From Callorhinchus milii (Eukaryota): a stretch of DNA of 64,000 bases. Below are positions 53,155 to 64,000 of the stretch, in pieces. Within the stretch, counting starts at the first letter, position 1. Each line of letters starts with the position of its first letter. The stretch spans positions 110,920,001 to 110,984,000 of the forward strand of contig NW_024704743.1 in NCBI RefSeq assembly GCF_018977255.1, in the 5' to 3' direction. Made by a program: the position numbers and the translations under genes. Under the pieces are notes generated by a model. That model was not told where the DNA came from. It saw nothing but the letters and a program-made list of their open reading frames with translations, and ran no database searches.

Positions 53155-54245
53155 TGACAACAGCAAAATTATATTTGTAAAGCACCTTTCATGTTGGGAG
53201 GACGTTCCAAGGCGCTGGACAGACTGAGTTACGTACCCGAACGGGGGGGTCGGAGAGGGTGGAAGGCATGGGGGAAGCAGGGAGATTGAAAGCACAGTCG
53301 AAGAGGAGAGTCTTCAGATGGGTCTTGAAGGTGGCAAGGGCAGGGGCGAGGCAGAGGGACTGCGGGATGGAGTTCCAGAGGGTGGGAGCAGATAGCGGAA
53401 GGCCCGCCCGCCAGTAGAGGGGCGAGCGAGGCGGGGGACGTGAAGCAGGCCGGAGCTGAGCAGAGGGAGCAAGCAGGATAGTAGGGGGTTAGGAGGTCGC
53501 AGAGGTAGGTGGGAGCAAGACCGTGGAGCGCTTTGAAGGTGAGGACCAGGATCTTGAACTGTATCCTCTGTGTGATGGGAAGCCAGTGGAGTTGGGCAAG
53601 GATGGAGGTGATAGGGTCGTGGAGCCTAGTGCGGGAGAGGACACGGACTGCAGAGTTCTGGATGATTCTCAGCCTGTGGAGGGAGGAATTGGGGAGGCCG
53701 ACAAGCAGTGAGTTTGCATAGAGTAGGCAACAGGTCTCCCGATTGCTTTCCCTCTTGCCTGCAGGGAATCGTCCCTCAATAACCCTGCCAAAATCAGGCA
53801 CTCTGTATTTAGGGAGTAATGGGGCAAATCCGTGTCCTACAACTTCATGGCACAATGCACAGGTTCAGAAACATGCTACGCCACCATGACGTCAGAGGAA
53901 AGCAGAGTTCTGGATAATCAGCAGCCTGTGGAGGGAGGAGTTGGGGAGGCTGACAACCAATGCATCTGCATAGTCGAGCCTTGATGTAATGAAAGCGTGT
54001 GAGGGTTTTGCTGGCCTGTGGTGTGAGACAGGGACAGAGCCGGGTGATGTTGCGGAGGTGGGGGAAGGCAGAGCGGGTCATGGCACGGAAATGGGTTAGA
54101 AAGGATAGTTGAGGGTCAAACAAGACCCCCAGGTACCGGACTGGCTCAGTGAGGTGGAGTGTGTAACCATGGATGGTGATGCTGTCAGCGCCTGGGGTTA
54201 GGAGGCTCTGACGGGAGCTAAATCAGGAGAGCCTCTGTCTTGCTG
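53155..54245 (-). mobile_element. L2 fragments, with a non-L2 insert at 53721-53900
   Basis: L2 ORF2 C-terminal peptides and tail. About 70 nt of L2 is repeated on either side of the insert. Confidence 0.9.
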
Positions 54246-54480
54246 ACAGTGCTTGTTGGGAACGTTGGTAAACTATGAATTTTTGTGGAGATTTATACCA
54301 TTAGAGTTGCATATGGAGTAAATGTGGAATCTTCACAGCATGTCCATGGTATACACAATTAAATTAAATTTATTTGTGTATCTTGAAAGTTTATTTAGTG
54401 TTTCTCATTTCTTCTCATCCCTCCCCTTTGTGTATTCATCTTGAACATGGCTGTTCTGATGTGTCTCTCCATTATGAAAG

Positions 54481-54596
54481 GCCTACTTGGAGGTGAGCCA
54501 ATACCTGAGGTGGGAGAGGATGCAGCTGCTACTGCTACCTTACAAAGTGGAATAACGGATGAAGAACGAGAAGAGCTGACAAATGAGCTTGCCAAG
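54481..54596 (+). CDS. tpd52: tpd52 exon 2 (116 nt)
   Basis: AG acceptor and GTAATG donor. Encodes (G)LLGGEPIPEVGEDAAATATLQSGITDEEREELTNELAK, matching D52 GLL..P.PE.GED....EELRRELAK. Confidence 0.95.
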
Positions 54597-55084
54597 GTAA
54601 TGATCAGCAATAAAAATTGACATCAGTCATTGTGGGATTTTGGTATACAAGCTGAGGATAAGTGACGTGACTCAAGTATATAGCAATCCATGTTTCTCAA
54701 CTTTGCACGTGCTGATCTTTCTTTGTAGTTCATGTAAGATGGTGCCATTGACCCTTGAAATACTGTCATGTTGGGAACCTTTACTATTATGTGCTTAGGT
54801 GAAATGAACTGGTAAGGCAAAGAATTGGAGCACTAATGTATTTTGTAAAAGTAGTGGTATAACCCAGGATTAGATTTCTTTCTGTTGCTCTCTACCCACA
54901 CTGCATTCTAGTTTGTTTGGGGGAGTTGCTATGTGGCTGCTTATCTCCTCCCCACTGAGAGAATGACTATAGAGCAGAATCCCCAGGTTGCTTGTTGGAA
55001 GCCTGGGAGCAAGTTAACAATTGGTGATATGTGGAATGGGAACTAGGAAAAAAATAGGCATTTATTCCTTGTATTCACACTTAA

Positions 55085-55389
55085 AGTCCTGTAGTTCAGT
55101 GGTTAGAGCACTCGCCTTGCAAGCGAGATACCTGGGTTCAATTCCAGGCAGAGCGAAACCTTGGGCAAGTTTCCTTACTCCACACGGCTAATGATAATCC
55201 CTTCAAAACAAAACAATAATAAATTGGTAATTTTCAATCCACGACTGTTTGTGGGACCCTGTTGTGCGCAATTGGCTGCCGCGTTTCGCCCACAAATATA
55301 TGGTCAATTCACTTTACAGTCTGTTCTGTGAAGCACTTTGAGACGTCAAAGACATTAAAAGCGTTATATCAAATGCAAGGATTATTATT
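55085..55389 (+). mobile_element. tRNA-Ala-headed SINE, full length (tpd52 intron 2)
   Basis: Head with CTCGC-CTTGCAA-GCGAG, body and tail. Confidence 0.93.
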
Positions 55390-55402
55390 GTTAAAGAAAT
55401 TT

Positions 55403-55610
55403 GCTTACTCCACACGTCTCTGTTTACCTAGCAGTAAGTAGGAACCCAGTTGTTAGTCGATTGGTGGATCACTTTCCAGGGGCAATAAACCCTCCAAAAC
55501 AAAATAATAATTTGGTCACTCATTCCACAACTATTTGTGGAACACTGCTGTGCACAATTGGCTGCCACGTTTCGCCCACAAGATACACAGTCCATTCACT
55601 TTATAATATA
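55403..55610 (+). mobile_element. SINE long-variant internal fragment
   Basis: CTCTGTTTACCTAGCAGTAAGTAGGAACC segment plus body. A tail-like piece follows at about 55930-55995. Confidence 0.8.
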
Positions 55611-56435
55611 TTAGCCGCCACGGTCAGCCAGCATGGCCACCAGGTGGAACTGCAGTGTGTATGTGCATACGCAGGTGTTCTGTGATGCATGATGCCACAG
55701 CACTACTTTGACTTGGCAGCCACCAGGTGTAACTGCAGTGAAAAATGCAAAACTGAAAATAACTCAGATGATAGGAGATGCCCGAAAACAAATATGCCTA
55801 TGACACTCCCAGATTCAAGACCTTTCTGATGAAGTATAAATCATGTCTGCATAATCGGGCATTGAGGTCCTTCTTGAAGTGCAGACAGACATTGTCGTAT
55901 TGTCGTTTTATTAATATAGAAGATGATAGATTCTGAAGCACTTTAAGACATCTCAACGTCACAGAAAGATGCTGCATAAAATGCAAGGATTATTCCTTAT
56001 TAAATAAGGATATCGATAATAGGTAGTATACTTTGAACCTGTAATTGACACAGCAAATACCTTGCAAAACCACATATTGTACCATGGGTTGTAAAATTTT
56101 ATGGTATCAAGTAAGAATTACCAGAAAATAAATTTCAGTAAAAGATAAATGTAACTGTTCATAATCCTTTATAGTGAAATAATTTGCTCTTTGAATTGCT
56201 ACATAAGTCTGCAATACAAGCTTTGTGCCTGATAGCAATTGTACAGTGCTTGTTCTTTTGACAAAGTGTATGGCATTGTTAGCTTGAGAATGGGAAAATG
56301 ACTGCTCCTACTCCGTCAAATCAGTCTTCAGTGTTAACCTCCATATTAGTGTAGATTTGTACAAAGGAGAAAGTATTGATAATGGTAGAAAATTTGAACT
56401 CTTGCTAACTGAAACCTAATTTTTTGACCTCTTAG

Positions 56436-56585
<150 letters not shown>

Positions 56586-57711
56586 TAAGTATGAGTAACT
56601 ATAAGTATTACACAGATCGTAAGAAAGCAGACTTGTAGTTAGAAAGGGATGGGTAAATTTTTTTGGCTGTTAAAGAGCACATCCTATAAATATACAGCAG
56701 ATTCTTACATTAGCAAACCGGCAAATGCTTAATATGCGACATCCCAACATTTTTCAGTGTGTTTAGGGTTAACATTTGTGTGTACCTCAATACAGTATGG
56801 TCGGATTATGAAAGGCTGTTTTAACTTTCATTTGTTTTCTCGTTTCTCCCCATCAACTCTTTCATAATTGGGCTCGCACTATTTTGATATTTCAGATGTT
56901 GGTGTTTGATGGTCTTTGAGAGCAGTTCCCTGTTTATTCTAAGGTTATGTGTTGCAGAAAAAATAAGGGTTTCTTGTGGTAAAGTATGGCCCAGTTATTC
57001 AGACTAGATTCATGCTAAAGCGAGTTTGCTGAATAGAGGTGTCCTGCGGATCTACTGTTGCTGGAAGCATGGTATGTTTCCAGCGTAGATCACCAAATTC
57101 CTACGCACTACAACCTCCAAAGACCGCATTACAAAGAGCAGTTACAGCTGACCAGATGTATGTATGCTTTTCCCCCCACAAACCTGTATGCAGTTTCAAA
57201 TTGTTTTGGGATCTTAAAAGCTGTGTAATAATTGGCTTGCCCTGTAGCACAGCATATGCATTTACAGGAGAATGAAAGGAAGTGCACACGATACGTCATC
57301 CTATCTTGCTGGGAAACTTGTCTAAATCAAGCTTGCTTTTCTAAAATTGCTAGGCTGGGTGGTAAGAATTTCTTAAAAATAAAGATTTCAAGACCATGCG
57401 AACATCCTGTGTTTGTGCGTGGGGAAAACTTTTAGGACTCTGAAAATAGTATTTATTTACAATAAATTGTATAATTTAACTTGCACAATTTAATTCAAAA
57501 AATTGTTGTTCTGACATTGCATATAATTTTAAACCATCTCAAAACACTTCTTTGTGGCTTTGGCAGTTTCTCACGTGCATGCAAATATGTTCGTAATTTT
57601 AATTGTGTATTAGCCTCTTTGAACATATGAGTGGATCTGACTCTTACCTAATGAAGGCTGCACTCTAGTCTGATCCAGACAAGTTTATAAAATTTAATTT
57701 GAAATTTACAG

Positions 57712-57813
57712 GTTCAAGAAGACCTCAGAAACTCTGACTCAGGCTGGACAGAAAGCATCATCTGCTTTTTCTAATTTTGGTTTTGCCATTTCCAGGAAAC
57801 TGGAAGATGTCAG
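57712..57813 (+). CDS. tpd52: tpd52 exon 4 (102 nt), D52 motif
   Basis: TACAG acceptor and GTATGT donor. Encodes FKKTSETLTQAGQKASSAFSNFGFAISRKLEDV(R). Confidence 0.97.
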
Positions 57814-58589
57814 GTATGTCTTTACAAAAATATATTTTTCGCTGCAGAAGACTAGAACATTTGCATTTACAACTTTTAAAGTCAGGAGTTGTAACCTATA
57901 AGACTATTTTGTCTCAATGTTTAAGGTTGTGCTGAATGGTGAAAAGATTTGGTTTTAAATTTTAAAAAAAAAGAGGGGCAGAAACAACATTGATCCTGAA
58001 TCAATTTTCACAATTGACGAATCTTAAATTTTAAAACAATATGGTATTGTATTTGAATGTTGAATAGGACTGAAATTTTAGGCTATCAAAACTGAATCAT
58101 CATTCTTTCAGCTTCTGACATTGTACAGAAATGAGACTCAACAAAAAACTTACTTTTGAAAGCATTTGATTTTTATTCTGTATTTACAGTTCATACTATC
58201 TGATCCATAATGTTGGATCAATGGATTATAGGACTATTACTGTAGTTTGAACACTGATTAGTGTAAAATTAAAATTGCAATTGCTAATACTTATTCTAAA
58301 TTCTCAAAGAAAATGTGTTCTTTAATAATTTGTAAAATCTGGATCTTTTGTTTGTCCGCTTGACTTTGCAGCCAGTATCAACAGATAGCACAAACCTTCT
58401 ATTTGTGCAAATTTTGGTTCTGACTATGAGAATCCAGCAGCAAATAGTACAGATCAAGTTAATTGTGGAAATTTTGATTTTCAATGTGAATACCTGTTTT
58501 CTTCTTCTCTTCCTTAACTCCCCACCCCCACCCCAGGAATGTACACATTGCTTACATTGTACTGCATATGTGTATAACTAGACACTATT

Positions 58590-58880
58590 GAAATGCATTG
58601 TTTGAGATGCTTTCCTTTGATGCATTAACCCGAGGTCCCATCTGCCTGTTCAGGTGGATGTTGGCACTATTCAAACAAAAAAAAGGAAGGGAATTTTTCA
58701 AGAGTCCTGACCACAATCCTAGATAAAATTGGTCATTCAATTTATGGCTCTTTGTGGGACTTGCTGCTTGCAAATTGACTGCCATGTTTGCCTGCAAAAG
58801 TCATTACACCTCACAGTATTCTCTGTAAAACTGAGATTTTCTATAATGTGAAAGACATTATGTAATATGCAAAGGATTAA
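58590..58880 (+). mobile_element. Deu-domain SINE fragment
   Basis: CCGAGGTCCCATCTGCCTGTTCAGGTGGATG..GGCACTATTC followed by the tail. Confidence 0.75.
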
Positions 58881-59182
58881 AGATTTTGTTCCACCTTTTT
58901 CTCCCTCTTCCCCCATCATCATGTTTCTGATTTTAACTGTAATACTTTCTTTGTATTTACCTGCCATAGAAGCAAAAAATCAATGTTTTGTGCCATCTTA
59001 GATAGTTACCTGTGTCTCAATTGCAAGATGTTTAAAAATTGCATAATTCTTCATTATCTTGTCCATTTTCTGTCACTTGGTCCCACATATTTCTGTTGCT
59101 GTAATAGAGTTCACTCCCTGTTTATCCTTATTCTTTATCTAAGCCTTTTTTATTGTTTCCCTTCCATGTGCTATTTCACAAG

Positions 59183-59227
59183 TTCCATTTCTTTTGTTTT
59201 GTACCATTTTGTTTTGATCCTACCCTG
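59183..59227 (+). CDS. candidate 45-nt cassette exon in tpd52 intron 4 (SSISFVLYHFVLILP)
   Basis: Pyrimidine tract, TGC motif and AAG acceptor, consensus donor CTG|GTGAGT, phase 2-2 and stop-free. I recognise no homologue. Confidence 0.3.
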
Positions 59228-60086
59228 GTGAGTTTAATTTTTTTGGTTTAATGGTTTCTTCCCTAGTTATTGCTTTATTCTTCATTGGGATTTTGTGAAT
59301 CAGTCTGAGCCTCTGCCTTATTAGCTTGAATAGTTGCTTTGCTTGATAGGCTGGAAGCATGGAAACTTTTTGTTTTGGCATACATTATGTTCAGCTGCTT
59401 ATAACATTATACTTGTGCTCCGATGTCAATGTGCATAACAGGCCATAGACTTAATGTGAGCAGAATGTGGGCCTACGATAAGTGCTCCATTTATGCGTCA
59501 ATTCTGTTAAGAGTCTTGTAGCTTAGGGTAATTATTTCACTCAAGTTTGAGGTAAAATTAAATTTCATCTGTAAAGAAATCAGCCTCTGGGCAGATTACA
59601 GTAGCAATTGTGTTTGCAGTGATGGTTACATAACGTGTGAAAGATGTGATTCAAATCACTCTTAATGAAAATTTTAAACTCCAACATGAAATGCTTGATC
59701 ACATGAGTATAATCCATGATTGGAGTGTGATCCTGAATAATTGTATATAAATTTTCTTCCTGTTTCCTGGCTTCATGTATTGAATAAGATGACTAAACTC
59801 AGAAGTTATTTGTGTTTGGTAGTGTATGATAGATTATTTCAATGTAGACATTAAGACAAGTATAACAATCAAAGCCTTTGGTCAGCATTTTTTGTAATGT
59901 TTGTTGTTTAGAAATCTCTGAATAGAAAAGTACCCCTTACCTTTCTTTTAATATAATGTTATCTTTCTATTTGTTTTCCACCACCTACCTATCATTTGTT
60001 TTGAAGTGATTGTTGGCTGATACAAAATATAGATTTAATTGATGTTTGTAACCTCATAGAAGTCTGTCATTTCAGTGGTCGGTTTT

Positions 60087-60398
60087 ATAATAATAATCCT
60101 TGCATTTGATATAGCGCTTTTCACGTCGGGAGGACGTCCCAAAGCGCTTCACAGAACACACTGTAAAGTGAATTGACTGTATATTTGTGGGCGAACGCGG
60201 CAGCCAATTGCGCACAGCAATGTCCCACAAACAGTCGTAGATTGAAAATGACCAATTTATTATTGTTTTTTGTTTTGGAGGGATTATTATTAGGCGTGTG
60301 GAGTAAGGAAACTTGCCCAAGGTTTCGCCCTCTGCCTGGAATTGAACTCAGGTCTCTCACTTGCAAAGCGAGTGCTCTAACCACCGAGCTACAGGACT
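60087..60398 (-). mobile_element. tRNA-Ala-headed SINE, young full-length copy (tpd52 intron 4)
   Basis: Nearly identical to 619-947. Confidence 0.95.
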
Positions 60399-60671
60399 TT
60401 TTAGTTATGTGGATTAATGGGGTTGGTCTATGTGTGCTTCATTGCAGTTTGTTTGCTAGATGGTAAGATGGCACTTTAGAATAAGCTGATCCAGAGCTTC
60501 CCAGCCTTAGGAATCGTATTATGAAGCTGCTGCATAACTTGTAGGGTCAGTAGGCTTCAGGGTTGTTCCAAGTGCTGACTGTAACAACTGGGATACTGGA
60601 TGCCACAGGAATTGGGGAGGAAAATAGCTTACAAGACAAAGCTTTGGCAAAGTGACTTGTCCTATACAAGT

Positions 60672-61040
60672 GGAGTCCTGTAGCTCAGTGGTTAGTGCAC
60701 CCGTCCCGCAAGTGAGAGACCTGGGTTCAATTCCCGGGCAGGGCGAAACATTGAGCAAGTTTCCTTACTCCACATGCCTCTGTTTACCTAGAAGTAAGTA
60801 GGAACCTGCTTGTTGGTCGATTGGTGGTTCACTTTTCTGTAGGTAATAATTCCTTCAAAAAAAATAATAAATTGATTGCTTCAATCCACAACTGTCTGTG
60901 GCACACTGCAGTGTGCAATTGGCTGCCATGTTTCGCCCACAAAATATACAGTCAATTCACTTTACAATATATTCTGTGAAGCGCTTTGAGATGTCTCGAA
61001 GACGTGATAAGGCGCTATATCAAATAAAAGGATTATTATT
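60672..61040 (+). mobile_element. tRNA-headed SINE, full-length long variant
   Basis: Head, an extra ~65-nt internal segment at about 60778-60843, body and tail. Confidence 0.92.
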
Positions 61041-62154
61041 GTACAGTGGTAACTGACTTAATTTGATTATTCTTAGAGTTAAAATTTTATAGGGATGATC
61101 AAGTTGGCCTCAATTGCTAATGTTTTGCAGTATTGACTCCCAATTAATTCAAATAACTGCAAAAGACAAGGTTAAAAATCGAGCCTGTTGTGGGGAGTGG
61201 CAGGGGAGGCATAAACGCCCAACCAGCCTTATAAGGGGTGCAGCTCTTCCACATACATGCAGAAAGACAAAATACGTTGGTGTGGAGGAAACCGAAATGA
61301 CTGACATCTGGGCCATTAGGTCACCGTGTGCACATGAGCAGGTATTGGCAGCAACCTGCTGACCTGGAAGTCTGTTATTTCAGCATTGTCTGCGCTAGTG
61401 TTTTGTCCTTCTGTATGCAACAGAAGCAACATTAGTGTGTTTACGCATTTTGAATATTTTCTGGTAAATTAATGTTCTGGTCCAAACCCCAACTGTGAAT
61501 TTGTTTTCTAATAAAAAGTTTTTCTTGAAATTTGGTTCTTCAGGCATGCATGTCATGATTTAAGACATTAACTCAGTATATACTGTAATTATGCATCTAA
61601 AGTGAGTATTTATGTTCAGTAATGTGAATATAGAGCCTGCAGGGAAAATGTTCAAATTGTAAAGCGGCTAAGGGAAATGGCAGTTTGCCTTACTTTCTTA
61701 GACTTTTTTTTCCTCCCCAGCTGATGCATGTAAATGTCAGAATTGGCATCTAAATCCACCAGATTCTGCTTCTTTACATGGGTCACAAGAAAATAAGTGT
61801 GATTCTACCAAGAGAATACAATTGAGCATATGTTCCTGGGCCAATAGAAAATTGTGAAAATATTTGCCAAACATTACAGGGCATTTGACAAATTTTGTAG
61901 GAAAATTGCAGGGAGTTGATTGATTGACGTACATTTTACTGCCAATCCATATTTGTTTGTTATTGATCAGAACTAAATATGAGGAAATAACACAAATTAG
62001 ATTATGGCCAAAAAACAATTATTCTTTAGCAAAAACTGGGTGGCCCATTTGGGAGGTCTGAAGGGCCTGGAGATCTGCCAAAAAACAGACACTTGGGACC
62101 AGTGTCCTGATTGCAGGGCTACACAAGCTCACCACCTCCTGCCACTCAGGGCCC

Positions 62155-62345
62155 AGCACCACACACAGACCCAGAGACCCACAGCGAGACACACACGCGC
62201 AGACACAGAGAGAGACGCACACCTTCAGAGACGCAAGTGCACACACGTGCACAAACGTACACACAGAGCAGAGACACACTCGCGTAGAGACTTACAAACG
62301 CATCTAGAGGAGAGACACACTCGTATGGAGACACTCACAAACAAG
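62155..62345. repeat. CA/GA-rich low-complexity repeat
   Basis: Imperfect (CA)n and (GA)n runs. Confidence 0.75.
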
Positions 62346-63024
62346 CGCATGCATGTCCGGAGCTGCTCCGCCCACAGTAGCATTGGGTAAACAGCTGGCA
62401 GCAGTGCAAGAGACCCGGGTGCCAGAAACATAATTTTTTTAGTGTGTTTTTTTAGCGGAGGGCGTTCTTTTATAGTGGATTCCGTGAGGAAATTGCGGCT
62501 GCACTTTTCTATTTTCCCAGGTCATTACTAAATTGCTTTGGAAATATAAAAGTGGAAAATATAAAATTGAATGTTTAGTTTACAGATGGCAGAAGTCCCA
62601 TTCTTGTTTTCTTAACCCAAAGGGAATCACCCTAACATTTAGACAAGTTGAATCCGTTTTTTTGTGCAATAAATAGTTAGGCAGAGAATTGCATACCAGG
62701 ATTTTAAACTTGGGTCAAAATATTTTTTTTACAGTTTTTTCCTCTGTATTATGTTTCATTAAACTAATTTGTTTTGTTAACAAAAACAGTTCTGATTTTT
62801 TAAAAAAAAATTGCATATGTCAATTGTCTTATTATTAAATAAAACTGCTAGTAATGTATCTGCTAGTAATATGTAGTAACTCTTGTGATAAAATAGTTGA
62901 CTATTTCTGAATATCTGAGCGGTTTGGGCATATACATCACTTTTCTGCAAACGCTGAAGCTTTAGATTATTTGCTTTAAAATAAAATGTTTGCTTTTCTT
63001 TATGCTCACAATGGCTTGCTGCAG

Positions 63025-63051
63025 ATTACATGCTTTTTCACATTCTTTTAG
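63025..63051 (+). CDS. tpd52: tpd52 27-nt alternatively spliced microexon (LHAFSHSF)
   Basis: GCAG|ATTACATGCTTTTTCACATTCTTTTAG|GTAAGA, phase 2-2. Matches the human TPD52 insert KLQAFSHSF. Confidence 0.9.
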   Translation: MTCFFTFF

Positions 63052-63270
63052 GTAAGATCAGCTTTGAAACTTTGAAGTAACATTCAATTAATCTAACTGT
63101 AAATAGAAATGTCACTTTAAAAACTCTTTTTAAAAAGGAAGTTTGACATGTTTAGCCATTTAATTGCATTGCCAAGTACATGCTACTTCTTCCTGCTTGT
63201 CTGTCTCTAATAAATAAAGATTGTATTTTTTAAACTAACTTCTGCTATTTCCTTAATGCTGGCGGATTAG

Positions 63271-63312
63271 CATTCATTCGATACGTCATTCAATTAGTAT
63301 GCCTGTTATGAG
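63271..63312 (+). CDS. tpd52: tpd52 42-nt alternatively spliced exon (SIHSIRHSISMPVM), 14-3-3-type motif
   Basis: TTAG acceptor and GTAATG donor, phase 2-2. Matches the D52-family insert SIRHSISMPAM. Confidence 0.93.
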
Positions 63313-63544
63313 GTAATGTATTACAATACATTAAACTGGTTATTATTGCTTTCTTCATTGCGAATGTTCTTGTTTGTTGCTGCCAAACTCCCTATAGTAT
63401 CGTTTTGTGAATTGAATAATGAGTAAATTAGAATGACCACTCAGTCATCTGGTATTCATGAATTTAAAATTTGTTTAAGGTAGCTACAACAATTTCAGGG
63501 AAATTACCAAATGCTTTCTTTACAAATGTATAACCTCTTGCTTA

Positions 63545-63690
63545 TTCAGATGGAATTTAAGGATCCATGGCACCCTTGGAAAAGAGAAGGGATTTTCTCC
63601 CCTCTGTCTCTTCAGAGGCAATTAACCTTATGGCTGGTTGTGGGATCTTGCTGGTGCAAATAGTTCCCATATTTACCTTGACTAATTTTC
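63545..63690 (+). mobile_element. Deu-domain SINE fragment
   Basis: TTCAGATGGA..TAAGGATCCATGGCAC...GGCTGGTTGTGGGATCTTGCTGGTGCAAAT. Confidence 0.6.
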
Positions 63691-64000
63691 AATATGATGA
63701 GGTGCTTCATTGGAATAGTGTAGTGGGATGCATGCTCATGCCTGCATTGCTCCATGAAATCTGTTGCTGATATCAACTGAATTGTTAAATCGAAGATCTT
63801 TTTTTCTACCTCCTGCTAGCAGTCTTGACCTGTATTTTAAATTCCTTGGTTCCCCCCCACCCCTGAACATTGGGACACTTGACTGTGACCATCACTCTGC
63901 TTCAACTACTATTGGAATTTTGGTACTGAGAATTGTAAAGGTGCTGAGAAATTATTCAGGCAACCATGTTAAGATAGAATACAGTATGGATCCCAAGAAA

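Noticed and set aside
58500..58590. Acceptor-like CCCCAG and a possible alternative last exon (RNVHIAY...)
   Set aside because: No similarity to the expected RNSPTFKSFE exon, and it runs into a DeuSINE fragment.
61700..61735. Strong pyrimidine tract and CAG acceptor at 61720
   Set aside because: It gives an immediate in-frame TGA, the following donor (GTAAAT) is weak, and there is no homology support.

Overview
Eukaryotic, repeat-rich vertebrate genomic DNA. The repeat set (tRNA-Ala-headed SINE, Deu-domain SINE, L2 and CR1 LINE fragments) points to a cartilaginous fish, probably a holocephalan such as Callorhinchus; this is inference. Positions 1-30,300 look intergenic and I found no host exons there. 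A CpG-island promoter at about 30,300-31,760 drives a + strand tumor protein D52 gene (tpd52), which the ORF track misses because its exons are short. Coding exons: 31627-31645 (MDSSSQ-G), an alternative PrLZ-like first exon at 51840-51975, 54481-54596, 56436-56584, 57712-57813, and two microexons at 63025-63051 and 63271-63312. The final exons lie beyond the window. I see no clear-cut new biological system. The best leads are: (i) two unannotated-looking, frame-preserving cassette exon candidates (36 nt and 45 nt), one of which would create a stop codon only when joined to the 27-nt microexon; (ii) a PrLZ-type first exon with an abutting uORF; (iii) modular SINE evolution, with two SINE families sharing one tail and the youngest copies carrying a terminal stem-loop matching the youngest L2; (iv) inverted SINE pairs flanking tpd52 exons. 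Repeat boundaries were read by eye and are approximate. Exon boundaries were counted to the base.
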